Origin: Planctomycetota bacterium
GTDB lineage: Bacteria; Planctomycetota; B15-G4
Direction: 5' to 3'
Assembly (NCBI GenBank): GCA_052387675.1
Contig: JBQTIY010000009.1
Coordinates: forward strand, 141,804-205,803
Length of the DNA stretch: 64,000 bases
Under the pieces are notes generated by a model. That model searched no databases. It saw only the letters and a list, made by a program, of their open reading frames with translations, and had not been told where the DNA came from. Below, one piece after another: positions 9,862 through 18,711 of this stretch. Both the position numbers and the translations under genes were made by a program. Each line of letters starts with the position of its first letter. Within the stretch, counting starts at the first letter, position 1.

Positions 9862-10694
9862 AGCACGGGACTCCGGCGGCGCGGCTTGCCCTCAAAGAGC
9901 CATGTGAGCAAGCCGCCGGCGAGCCGAGTGTATTGAGATGCGGTGCAGGCGTACTCCATCGAAAACCACGAGAAGCAGGTCAGTCGGTCGGCCTGGACCT
10001 GAAAGTTGACGTGGTACTTGTTCCGGTATTTCACGAAGGCTCCGTTGGCAAGCACGACCAGTGAGCAGCGCGGATACCGAGTGGCAACTTCCAGGTACTG
10101 CATGATCTGGAAGGAGAGGCGCTCATGTGCATTACCGTCGATGTGGCGACGACGGCTCGACTTCGCGGTCTTGTACTCGAGAAGGACCTTTTCAACGAGA
10201 ATGCCGCCCTGTTCGAGGACCAGCGTGTCGTCGAATCGCGTTGTGAGGCCCGAGTAGAGCGATGGATAGTCGGATCCCGAGAATGGGCCGGTCTGCGGTG
10301 CGTACCGCTTGATGGCCTCCATCTCGCTGGGGAAGGCAGCGACCAGCTCAGTGACAGGGAATGCCACATCGAGCCAGCGTGACGGGATGTCGGTGGACTC
10401 CGAGGGCTTCGCCTTCGGCTTGATAGGTTGGGTTGGCAAGTACAGAGACCGTTCTCGGACAGAGAGTCGGGTCCAGGATCGGCCCCCGATCCTGGTTACC
10501 GCCGAAGACGCCGCACCGTGGTCAATCGCGTGCCGTACGACCGCCGCCCAGAACTCGCCAACAAGGCGCTCGAATCCACTGCCCTCGCGTCGTGAGCCGG
10601 TGCCCGTGTTCGCCACGCTCTCGGACGCCTCAAACGACTCCAACCTTTGGACGACCGTTTCAAGACTTCGGGCGAGTGTGAGCTTCTTGCGCAT
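9858..10694 (-). CDS. Putative type II restriction endonuclease (PD-(D/E)xK)
   Basis: GSGFE helix, RFDDTL...LLEYK catalytic pattern, GNAHER motif; GTGA overlap with the MTase. Confidence 0.7.
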   Translation of the reverse strand: MRKKLTLARSLETVVQRLESFEASESVANTGTGSRREGSGFERLVGEFWAAVVRHAIDHGAASSAVTRIGGRSWTRLSVRERSLYLPTQPIKPKAKPSESTDIPSRWLDVAFPVTELVAAFPSEMEAIKRYAPQTGPFSGSDYPSLYSGLTTRFDDTLVLEQGGILVEKVLLEYKTAKSSRRRHIDGNAHERLSFQIMQYLEVATRYPRCSLVVLANGAFVKYRNKYHVNFQVQADRLTCFSWFSMEYACTASQYTRLAGGLLTWLFEGKPRRRSPVL

Positions 10695-10867
10695 CTATGG
10701 AAAAGTGTACGAATGTCAGGGCCCTGCGGAAGGTCGGCCCAGGACGATCTGCGTTACCAACGACTCAGGGATCCGCGCAGTGGATTGGACCGGATCGATA
10801 GCAGGCTGCCAGTTCGACTAGATAGGTCGAGTTGCCTAGTGCTCTTCGAGGGGCCCGTCGAGATCCC

Positions 10868-10921
10868 CTACAAGGCCGTGCAGTACCCTTTCAGCACGAA
10901 GCGACGGCTGGCCACGAGTGG
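10868..10921 (+). pseudogene. Degenerate fragment of leuB (copy of 13034-13087)
   Basis: 46/54 nt identical by manual alignment; YKAVQYPFSTKRRLATSG vs YEAVQYPFSTDRWLATGG. Confidence 0.75.
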
Positions 10922-11016
10922 TAATCCGGTTCGACTGAGCGGTCTCGATCGGCCCAGGTGTTCCGTACGACCGAGCGCGAGGCGTCGGCAACTTCGCCTC
11001 CGCCATGCGTTGAACG

Positions 11017-12783
11017 TCACCGGCCCGGCACGCAGAGGCAGCTTGAGCCGATGCTGACGTCCGCGTCGGCCCACGCGGCGCGGAAACGCTCGCGCGCCGC
11101 GGCGGCGGCTTCTGCGGCGGGGCCGGTCTCCGCCGCACCGTCTTTGCCAGCCTTGCGCTCCAGGCAGCTCGCGAGGCCGTGCAGCGACCAGCCGTTGCCG
11201 GGCCACTGCTCGAGATCCGCGCGGTAGACGGCCTCGGCCTCGTCGAGGCGGCCGGCCTCGAGCAGGATCGCGCCCAGGGCGTGGCGCACAGGCAGCGCCC
11301 ATTCCGGCGGCTCCATGTAGACGAGCTGGTCCTCGATCGCGACCGCCTCGTGCAGCGCCGCGACGGCCGCGTCCGTCTCGCCGCGGCGGTAGGCGATCTC
11401 ACCGTCCAGCACGCGGCCCGCGATGGCGAGCACGCGCTGCGCGGGGTTCACCGAGACGTAGCGCTCGGGCGGCAGCTTGGCGGCCGCCTCGCGGAAGCGC
11501 GCGGCCTCTGCCTCGGCCTCGGCGACTTGGCCCTTCGCCGCCAGCGAGACACCCCGCGCGAAGCGCCACGACGCCGTCGTGAGCATCAGGTGCTCGGGCG
11601 GCGCCGGCTCGGCGAGCATTTCGTCCCAGCGCCCGAAGCGCACGAGCGTGTCGTAGAGGATCGAGAAGAAGGGCTCAATCGCAACGGTCTCGCGGCGCGC
11701 GTAGTCGTCGGGCACGCCGCGTGCGATGCGCCGTGCGGCGTCCAGAGCCAGTGCGCTGCGGCCGTCCATCATTCCAGCGAAGGCCAGCATCTGCAGGTTG
11801 TGCGCCATGTAGACGTGGTGAAACTCTTGGCGCGGCCGCACGGCGCGGTAGCGCGCGTCGGCGTCGATGGCGCGCAGGTTCGAGTCGATGGCTTCTTGCC
11901 AGCGGCCGAGCAGCACATCGATGTGGCTGGGCATGTGCAGCATGTGGCCGGAAACCGGAACCAAGTGCCGCAGCCGATCCGCGGCGGCGAGCGCTCGCTC
12001 AGGCTCGGGCCCGGCCTCCACGGCGTGGATGAGCAGATGCAGTCCGCCCGGATGCTCGGGCTCAAGGCGCAGCACCTGATCCAGCACCGCCAGGATCTCG
12101 CCGGTCCACTCGCGAGGCGTGCCGTCGTTGGCCCACAAATCCCAGGGATGCAGATCCATGAGCGCCTCGGCGCAAAGCGCGCCGATGTCGGCGTCGTCCG
12201 GGTGCGCGGTCCACACGCGGCGCATCGCCTCGGCATAGGCCTGGTCTCGGGCGGCGCGATCGGGCGTGGGCGGGCTGGCGTAGCGCGTTGCGAGCGCTTC
12301 GACGAGTTCGGCCTCGAGCTGCGCGCGCGCCGCCTGGGCGGCGGACTGCGTCTCCGGCCGGCGAGAGCGCGCCAGGATCAGCTCGCGCGCCCGCTGCACC
12401 GCGGCAACGGCGAGCCACTCCCGCGTCTCCGGCACCAGCGGGTTATTGATGTGCGGGCCGTTCGCCAGCGCGATGCCCCACCACGGCATCGCCGCGTCGG
12501 GGTCGGCTTCGGCCGCAGCGTAAAAGGATCGAATGGCCTCGTCGTGATTGAAGGACCAAGCGAAGACGAGCCCCTGGTCGAACCACGTCTGCGCGTCGGC
12601 CGAGCTTGTCGTGATGGGGCGGCCGTAGCCGCCCAGTCCCTCGAAACGCACGGCGGCCTCAGCAGCGGCAGCGGCGGTGGCCGTGCTCGGGTTGGCAGTG
12701 CGCGAGGCCGAGCAACCGGCCGCGGAGGCGGCGATCAGCACCGCGAGCGCGGCGAGCCTAGCGTTGGTGCAGACGTGTGACAT
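11017..12783 (-). CDS. Conserved TPR-repeat lipoprotein
   Basis: Signal peptide/lipobox AAGC; AQTWFDQGL..FNHDEA; HLLIHAVE, GHMLHMPSHI; TPR-like helices; NGWSLHGL. Confidence 0.75.
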   Translation of the reverse strand: MSHVCTNARLAALAVLIAASAAGCSASRTANPSTATAAAAAEAAVRFEGLGGYGRPITTSSADAQTWFDQGLVFAWSFNHDEAIRSFYAAAEADPDAAMPWWGIALANGPHINNPLVPETREWLAVAAVQRARELILARSRRPETQSAAQAARAQLEAELVEALATRYASPPTPDRAARDQAYAEAMRRVWTAHPDDADIGALCAEALMDLHPWDLWANDGTPREWTGEILAVLDQVLRLEPEHPGGLHLLIHAVEAGPEPERALAAADRLRHLVPVSGHMLHMPSHIDVLLGRWQEAIDSNLRAIDADARYRAVRPRQEFHHVYMAHNLQMLAFAGMMDGRSALALDAARRIARGVPDDYARRETVAIEPFFSILYDTLVRFGRWDEMLAEPAPPEHLMLTTASWRFARGVSLAAKGQVAEAEAEAARFREAAAKLPPERYVSVNPAQRVLAIAGRVLDGEIAYRRGETDAAVAALHEAVAIEDQLVYMEPPEWALPVRHALGAILLEAGRLDEAEAVYRADLEQWPGNGWSLHGLASCLERKAGKDGAAETGPAAEAAAAARERFRAAWADADVSIGSSCLCVPGR

Positions 12784-12881
12784 GGCAGTTCTCCAATCGT
12801 CACGGAGGTTCCGGGCATGGCGCGCCGGGCCGAGCCTTCATAAACTCTGGGGCCCTCCGCGTGCAATCCCGATTGAAGCCG

Positions 12882-13997
12882 ATGAACCCACAACAGAATC
12901 AAGGCCAGCCCATCGCATCGCAGACGCCTCGCGTTCACCGCCTCGCCGTGATCGGCGGCGACGGCATCGGCCCCGAAGTGATTGCCGAGGGCTTGAAGGT
13001 CCTCGCGGTCGTGGCTGAGCGCCATGGCATTCGCTACGAGGCCGTGCAGTACCCCTTCAGCACGGACCGTTGGCTGGCCACGGGCGGCGAGCGCGGCGGC
13101 GAGACGCTGCCGGACTCGGCCTTCGCCGAGATCCGCGACCACGCCGATGCCGTGCTGCTCGGCGCCATCGGCGACCCGCGCGCGCCGGTGGGCCTCGTCG
13201 AGCACGGCGTCATCATGCGCCTGCGCGTGGGGCTCGATCTCTTCGTGAACCTGCGGCCGGTCAAGCTCTACGACGAACGCCTCTGCCCGCTCAAGGACAA
13301 GCGCCCGGCCGACGTGGACATGATCATCGTGCGCGAGAACACCGAGGACGCCTACACGGCCAAGGCGGAGTTCACCGACAAGGGCGGCCCCAACGAGGTG
13401 GCCAGCCAGCCCATGCGCTACACGCGCAAGGGCACCGAGCGCGTGATTCGCTACGCCTACGAGCTGGCGCGCCGCCGCAACAAGCACAAGAAGCTGCTCA
13501 TGATCGACAAGGCCAATGCCGTGCGCGCGCAGGATCTGTGGACACGCGTCTTCGCGGAAGTCGGGAAGGAGTACCCCGACATCACGCAGGAGCACGCTTA
13601 CATCGACGCGGCCTGCATGTGGATGGTGAAGAACCCCGAGTGGTTCGACGTGGCCGTGACCACCAACCTCTTCGGCGACATCATCACGGACGTCGGCGCG
13701 ATGATCCAAGGCGGGCTGGGCATCGCCGCCAGCGGCAACATCCACCCGGGGCGCGTCTCGCTCTTCGAGCCGATCCATGGCAGCGCGCCCAAGTACAAAG
13801 GCCAGAACGTGGCCAACCCCGTGGCCTCGGTCATGGCCGTGGCCATGATGCTGGACCATCTTGGGCACCCGGCCGCCGGCAAGCAGATTGAAGAGGCCGT
13901 GTCCCGGCTGCTGCGCGAGAACGCGATCAAGTCCCTCTCGGCGGGCGTGCAGAAGACGAGCGAGATCGGCGACCTGCTCGCTGCCGCGCTGGCATGA
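12882..13997 (+). CDS. leuB: 3-isopropylmalate dehydrogenase (beta-decarboxylating dehydrogenase family)
   Basis: GDGIGPEV, LLGAIGDP, NLRPVK, VRENTED, DKAN, NLFGDIITD, FEPIHGSAP. Confidence 0.85.
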   Translation: MNPQQNQGQPIASQTPRVHRLAVIGGDGIGPEVIAEGLKVLAVVAERHGIRYEAVQYPFSTDRWLATGGERGGETLPDSAFAEIRDHADAVLLGAIGDPRAPVGLVEHGVIMRLRVGLDLFVNLRPVKLYDERLCPLKDKRPADVDMIIVRENTEDAYTAKAEFTDKGGPNEVASQPMRYTRKGTERVIRYAYELARRRNKHKKLLMIDKANAVRAQDLWTRVFAEVGKEYPDITQEHAYIDAACMWMVKNPEWFDVAVTTNLFGDIITDVGAMIQGGLGIAASGNIHPGRVSLFEPIHGSAPKYKGQNVANPVASVMAVAMMLDHLGHPAAGKQIEEAVSRLLRENAIKSLSAGVQKTSEIGDLLAAALA

Positions 13998-15229
13998 GCC
14001 GCATTGCGGCCGTGCTTGCCGCGCGCGCGGGCCAGTCTGGCGCGCGGCCCGGCGCGGCCCTGAGCGTGAGCGTGGACCGCGTGCTGCTCGACGGCCTCAC
14101 GGCGGAGTCGCTCTTTGGGCCGCTGATTGGCCGCGATCGGCCGGCCTTCCTGCAGCCGGAGCGCTTCGCGGTCTTCGGCGACGGCGAAGCGCCCAGCCCA
14201 CAGAGCCTGGCTGTCGCGGCTTGGCTGCGCACGGCGGGGCTGAGGCACGCGCTGGAACCGGCGCGCGCCGGGCTGCCGGGTGTGGTGGGCGCCGACGAAG
14301 GCCTCGTCTCCAGCCACGATGTCGTCGTGGGCACGACGCCGGATGTCGGCGGCCTGGGCGGATTGGGCTGCGTGGCCCTCCGCGTGAGCCGCCAGGAACT
14401 TCTGGGCCTCATGACGCAGCCGCGCCTGGCCACGAATGTGCCCACGACCCGCGTCGTGCAGGTCAGCGGCCGGCTGCCGCGCTGGGTCTCCGCCTTCGAT
14501 CTGGCTCAGGCGGTCCTGCAGGCGGCCAATGAGGCCGCCGATTCGGCGGGGCGCGTGCCGGGTGAGGTGTTCGAATTCCAAGGCGCGACCATCGACGCGC
14601 TCGATGTGCCGGAGCGCCTGGCGCTCTGCGAGGCCCTGGCGCGCGCGGGTGTGTGCGCGATCGTGCCGCCCGATGCCCGCACGCGGGCCTGGCTGGCCGC
14701 GCGTCAGATCACGGTCGAAGAGCCACAGAAGCCGTTGGAAACACAGCTTTCGGGGCCTTCCGGCGCCGGCTCGCCGCAGCGCCTCGAGATCCAAGCTCCG
14801 CGCGTGCGGCTCACGGCGGTGCTGCCGCCCGCTCCCGGCCGCCGCATCCCCGTGCCCGACGAGGGCGGCCCGCCGGTGAACTCAGCGCTGCTGGCCGGGC
14901 GGATCGAGGATTTGCGCGTCGCCGCTGACGTGCTTCGGGAACGCAACGTGCGCCGTGGCTTGCACTTGGGTGTTCTGCCCGCGAGCCAGCGCGTGCTGCT
15001 GCACGCCATCGAGGAAGGCCTGATCGCGGACTTTCTCCGCGCAGGCGCGAGTCTCTTGCCGCCAGGATCTCGTCCGGCGGCCGCGCCGAACCGGCTCGCG
15101 ACGCTCCCCGCCGATCCTCAGGACCTCCTGGCGGGCGCCGCCGTCGTCGCGGCGAGTTCGGTCGCTGGCAGACTCATCGATCCAGAGTCGATGCGTCGCG
15201 GTCATCGTCGCCGCTCGCGACTCGGCTGA
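13994..15229 (+). CDS. LeuC/HacA-like large-subunit homolog lacking catalytic and Fe-S residues
   Basis: Colinear with LeuC (SGRLPRWVSAFDL, EFQGATI, ERLALC, GRIEDLR); DH, DSH and all three Cys ligands are absent. Confidence 0.7.
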   Translation: MSRIAAVLAARAGQSGARPGAALSVSVDRVLLDGLTAESLFGPLIGRDRPAFLQPERFAVFGDGEAPSPQSLAVAAWLRTAGLRHALEPARAGLPGVVGADEGLVSSHDVVVGTTPDVGGLGGLGCVALRVSRQELLGLMTQPRLATNVPTTRVVQVSGRLPRWVSAFDLAQAVLQAANEAADSAGRVPGEVFEFQGATIDALDVPERLALCEALARAGVCAIVPPDARTRAWLAARQITVEEPQKPLETQLSGPSGAGSPQRLEIQAPRVRLTAVLPPAPGRRIPVPDEGGPPVNSALLAGRIEDLRVAADVLRERNVRRGLHLGVLPASQRVLLHAIEEGLIADFLRAGASLLPPGSRPAAAPNRLATLPADPQDLLAGAAVVAASSVAGRLIDPESMRRGHRRRSRLG

Positions 15230-15234
15230 GCTTT

Positions 15235-15284
15235 CGAGCGGCGCGAACGAGCGGCGCGAACGAGCGGCGCGAACGAGCGTCGCG
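15235..15284. repeat. 13-bp tandem repeat CGAGCGGCGCGAA, about 3.8 copies
   Basis: Read directly; intergenic. Confidence 0.85.
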
Positions 15285-15434
15285 CCGGAGCCGCTGTCGC
15301 GTCACCGTGCGCGTGTCGCGTCGGCAGCGGCTTGCGCCGCTTCGCGCGCCTGTGCTAGCCCCCTTTCCAGAGTGCGCGGCATCGGCCTATAGTCCTCTCG
15401 TGCTCGCCTTCGCGCGGCGAGCGGGAGGTGCGAG

Positions 15435-18400
15435 ATGGTCAAGAAACTCACAGCGTGCGCGCATTGCGGGCGTTCCTTTCGTGTGGAAGAGCAGCACGCG
15501 GGCCGTCGTGCGCGCTGCGCGCAGTGCGGCGAGTCCTTCGTGGTGAGTTTCGCAGCGGAGGCCGGCGCAGTCGCCGCGCCGTCGCTGAGTGAAGTGGTGG
15601 GTGACTCGGTCGTGGAGTCGATCTCGGCGGCGTCGATGGCGGCGCCTCCCGAGATCGGCCCCACGCCCGAGGAACTGCGGCGTGCGGAGGCTCTGCGCGA
15701 GGAGTTGGCGCGCCTCCAAGAGCAGAGCGCGGCCTGGGCAGTGCGCGTGGAGCAGGCCGAGGCGCGGGTTGCCCAGCTTGAGCGCCAGGCCAGCCAAGCC
15801 GAGGACCGCTCTGCGCAACTCGGGCGGCAGGTCCGCCAAGCCGAGGACCGCTCTGCGCAGCTCGAAGCGCGGGCTCAGCAGGCCGAGTCACGTGCGCAGC
15901 AATCCGAGGCGCGATTTGGGGAACTCGAAGAGGAGATCGCCGAGGCAGAGCGGCATCACGCCGAGGTCTTGGCGGCGAGCGCCCAGCAGGAGAGCCGCGC
16001 GCGCGAGATCGCCGCGCGGAGCGCTGAGGTCGAGCAGCATCTCGAACACAGTGTCGAGCAGGCCCGCGGCGCGATCGCCAAGTATCGAGCGGCGAAGGCC
16101 GCGCTCGTGGAACTCGAGGCGGCGCGCGAGGCCTCCGATGCGCATCGCCGCGAAGCCGAGAGCGCGCTGAGCGAGGCCGGTCGGCAGCGCGCGGAGCTCG
16201 AAGCCGCGGCGCGTGCGGCGGCGGAGGCGGCCGCTGTCGCCGAGGAGCAGCGGCGTCACGCCGACGAGGAGTCGTCGGCGCTCGTGGCGGAGCTGGCCGA
16301 ACTGCGCGGTGAAGTTGGCCGCGCGCAGGCTGTGCTGCAGCAGGCGCACGCGGCCGCGCGTTCCGCCGAAGCGCTGCGCAGCGAAGCCACACAGCAGGCC
16401 CAGACCCTGCGCAGCGAGGCTGCGCAGCAAGTGCAGGCGTTGCACAGCGAAGCGACGCAGCAGGTGCAGGCGTTGCGTCGCGAGGCGGATGCGGCGGCCG
16501 AGGCGCTGCGCCGGAGCGCCACTGAAGAGGCGCACGCCCTGACCCAATCGGCCGAGCGCGAGGCGCAGGCCCTGCGCGAAGCGGCCCAGCGTGAGGCCGC
16601 CGAACGCCGCGCAGCCGTCGCGGAGGCGGCTCTGCGGAGCGAGGAGACGGCGCGCCGCACGGCGGCCGACATCGTGGCCACGGCTGAGAGCCGCGCCGAC
16701 GAACTGTCCCGCCGCGTGGAATCCAAGCTCGCCGAGGCGCGCAAGGTGATCGAGGAGCGCCGCCTCGAAGTCGACGCCCTGCAGATCGAGCGCCACGAAC
16801 TCGAGAGCGCGCGCCAGACCCTGCAACAGGAGACTCTCGCGCTGCAGGCCGAGCGCGCGCGCCTGCAGGAGGCCGTGGCCGAGCGGAGCGCAGCGCTGTC
16901 TGCGGTCGTCGATCAGCGGCAGACGGAGGTCGCGGCCCTGGAGCAGCGCCGCGCGGCTTTGCGTCAAGCGCTGGGCACGGCGCAGCATGGCCTCGAGGAA
17001 CTGGAGCAGCAGCGCGTGGCGCTCGCGGCCCGCACGCAGGAGCTGCAGGCCGAAACGGCGGCCGGCGTGGACCGGCTCACCGATCTGCGGGCCGAGCTCG
17101 ACTTGGCCGAGCGCCAGGCCGCCGCCGCGCGGCAGCGCGAAGAGGCCGCTGAACATGCTCGCGCCCAGCAGCGGCGCAATGAACTCGTGGCGCATGAGCA
17201 GGCCCTCACGGAACTTCAGCGGCGCCGCGACGAACTCACGGCAGCGGCCGGAGGGCAGCAGCAGCGCCTTGAGCAGCTTCGCGCGGCCATCGCCGGCGGG
17301 CAGGCCGAACAGACCGCCCTGGCCATTAGTCTCAAGGAGTCGGCGCAGTCTCGCGACCGCCTCGTGGCCGAGCAGCAGAGCCTGCTGGAGGCGGCGCGCG
17401 CCGAACTGGCGCGCCTCTCCGCGCGCAAGCTCGAGGCGGAGTCGGAACTCAAGGGCCGCCTAGCCGAGCGCGACGAGTGCGGTGCGCGCGTGACGGCGCT
17501 CGTCGCGCAAAGTGCGGAACTCCAGCGCACCGTCCAAGCGCATGAGACCCGGCGCGACGAGCTCGCGGCGGAACTCGAGCTGAGCCGAGGGCGCCATGAA
17601 GCGCTGCGCGGCGACGTGGCGCGCGTGGAGGACCACTTGGTTGTGGCCACGCGCCAGCTCGCCGAGACAGAGGAGCGCCGCGCGGCCGCTGCTGCGCTGG
17701 TCGAGACCACGCGCCGGGCCCACGAGGGCCTGGTGGCCAGGGCCCAGGAAGAGGCCCAACGGCTGCGCGACGAGCGGGCCGGCATCGAGCAGCAGATCGT
17801 GGACCTCAAGGCCCGCGCCGCCGAGACCTCCGAGGAGGCTGTGGCGCGCATCAAGCGGCTGGGCGAGCAACAAAGCGCGCTGGAGCTGCGCTGCGGCGAA
17901 CTGCGCCGCGAGCAGGAACTGCTCATCGAGCGCGGGCAGGCGGCGCGCCAGGAACTGGCCGAGCTGGAGGGGCGTGTCGTGGAGGCGCGCGAGTCCGGCG
18001 AGCAGGCCATGGGCCAGGCGCGCAAGGCGCGCGAGACGCTCGTGGCCGCGCGCGAGGAACTCGCCAAGCACGAACTCCTGGCCCGCGAGACCATGCGGCG
18101 CCTGGAAGTGGCCGAGCAGAAGCGTCGCGAGCAGATCGAGGAGCGGCTGGCGCTCGAGGCGCGCACGCGCACGCAGCGTGTGCAGGCCGAGGATTTGCTG
18201 CGCGCCGCCAAGGACCGGCTCGCGGCGGCGCAGCGGCGCCAGGCGCAGTTGCTCGAGACGCTCAACCAGGAGCGCGAGGAGGCGCAGTCGAAGGTCAAGG
18301 CCGCGGGCGAGGCGATGGCGGCGGCCATGGGCGCGCAGCGTCAGGCCTCCGACCGGGCCCTGGAAGAGCGCCGCAAGGCTCAGGAGGAATTCGACGCAGC

Positions 18401-18509
18401 CACGCGCCAGTCCGAGGAGGCCGAGCGCGCCGCGCGCGAAATCTTCGAAGGACTGCGGAAGCCCGCCCGGGACGCGGCCAGCGAGATCGAGATCCCCGAC
18501 AGCATGTGA
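15435..18509 (+). CDS. 1024-aa coiled-coil protein with N-terminal zinc ribbon
   Basis: CAHC-x16-CAQC (MJ0042-type zinc finger); about 900 aa of A/E/R/Q/L-rich helix nearly free of Pro. Confidence 0.8.
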   Translation: MVKKLTACAHCGRSFRVEEQHAGRRARCAQCGESFVVSFAAEAGAVAAPSLSEVVGDSVVESISAASMAAPPEIGPTPEELRRAEALREELARLQEQSAAWAVRVEQAEARVAQLERQASQAEDRSAQLGRQVRQAEDRSAQLEARAQQAESRAQQSEARFGELEEEIAEAERHHAEVLAASAQQESRAREIAARSAEVEQHLEHSVEQARGAIAKYRAAKAALVELEAAREASDAHRREAESALSEAGRQRAELEAAARAAAEAAAVAEEQRRHADEESSALVAELAELRGEVGRAQAVLQQAHAAARSAEALRSEATQQAQTLRSEAAQQVQALHSEATQQVQALRREADAAAEALRRSATEEAHALTQSAEREAQALREAAQREAAERRAAVAEAALRSEETARRTAADIVATAESRADELSRRVESKLAEARKVIEERRLEVDALQIERHELESARQTLQQETLALQAERARLQEAVAERSAALSAVVDQRQTEVAALEQRRAALRQALGTAQHGLEELEQQRVALAARTQELQAETAAGVDRLTDLRAELDLAERQAAAARQREEAAEHARAQQRRNELVAHEQALTELQRRRDELTAAAGGQQQRLEQLRAAIAGGQAEQTALAISLKESAQSRDRLVAEQQSLLEAARAELARLSARKLEAESELKGRLAERDECGARVTALVAQSAELQRTVQAHETRRDELAAELELSRGRHEALRGDVARVEDHLVVATRQLAETEERRAAAAALVETTRRAHEGLVARAQEEAQRLRDERAGIEQQIVDLKARAAETSEEAVARIKRLGEQQSALELRCGELRREQELLIERGQAARQELAELEGRVVEARESGEQAMGQARKARETLVAAREELAKHELLARETMRRLEVAEQKRREQIEERLALEARTRTQRVQAEDLLRAAKDRLAAAQRRQAQLLETLNQEREEAQSKVKAAGEAMAAAMGAQRQASDRALEERRKAQEEFDAATRQSEEAERAAREIFEGLRKPARDAASEIEIPDSM

Positions 18510-18588
18510 GGCCGGTTGTGCCTCGGCCTTGATTCGCTTCCCGCGAATGACCGATAGTGCCCGCCCCGGCCTCCTGTGCCGCGGCGAC

Positions 18589-18664
18589 GGGCGGATAGCT
18601 CAGTTGGTAGAGCACTGCACTGAAAATGCAGGTGTCCCCGGTTCGAATCCGGGTCTGCCCACCA
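18589..18664 (+). tRNA. tRNA-Phe (GAA)
   Basis: Acceptor GGGCGGA/TCTGCCC, anticodon arm CTGCA-CTGAAAA-TGCAG, GTTCGAATC T-loop, encoded CCA. Confidence 0.97.
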
Positions 18665-18711
18665 TTTGCCGCTGCGCGGGCCGGCGCCGATGCACGTGCT
18701 GGTGCCGCTGC

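Noticed and set aside
15235-15284. Possible CRISPR array
   Set aside because: 13-bp head-to-tail units without spacers and no cas genes in the window
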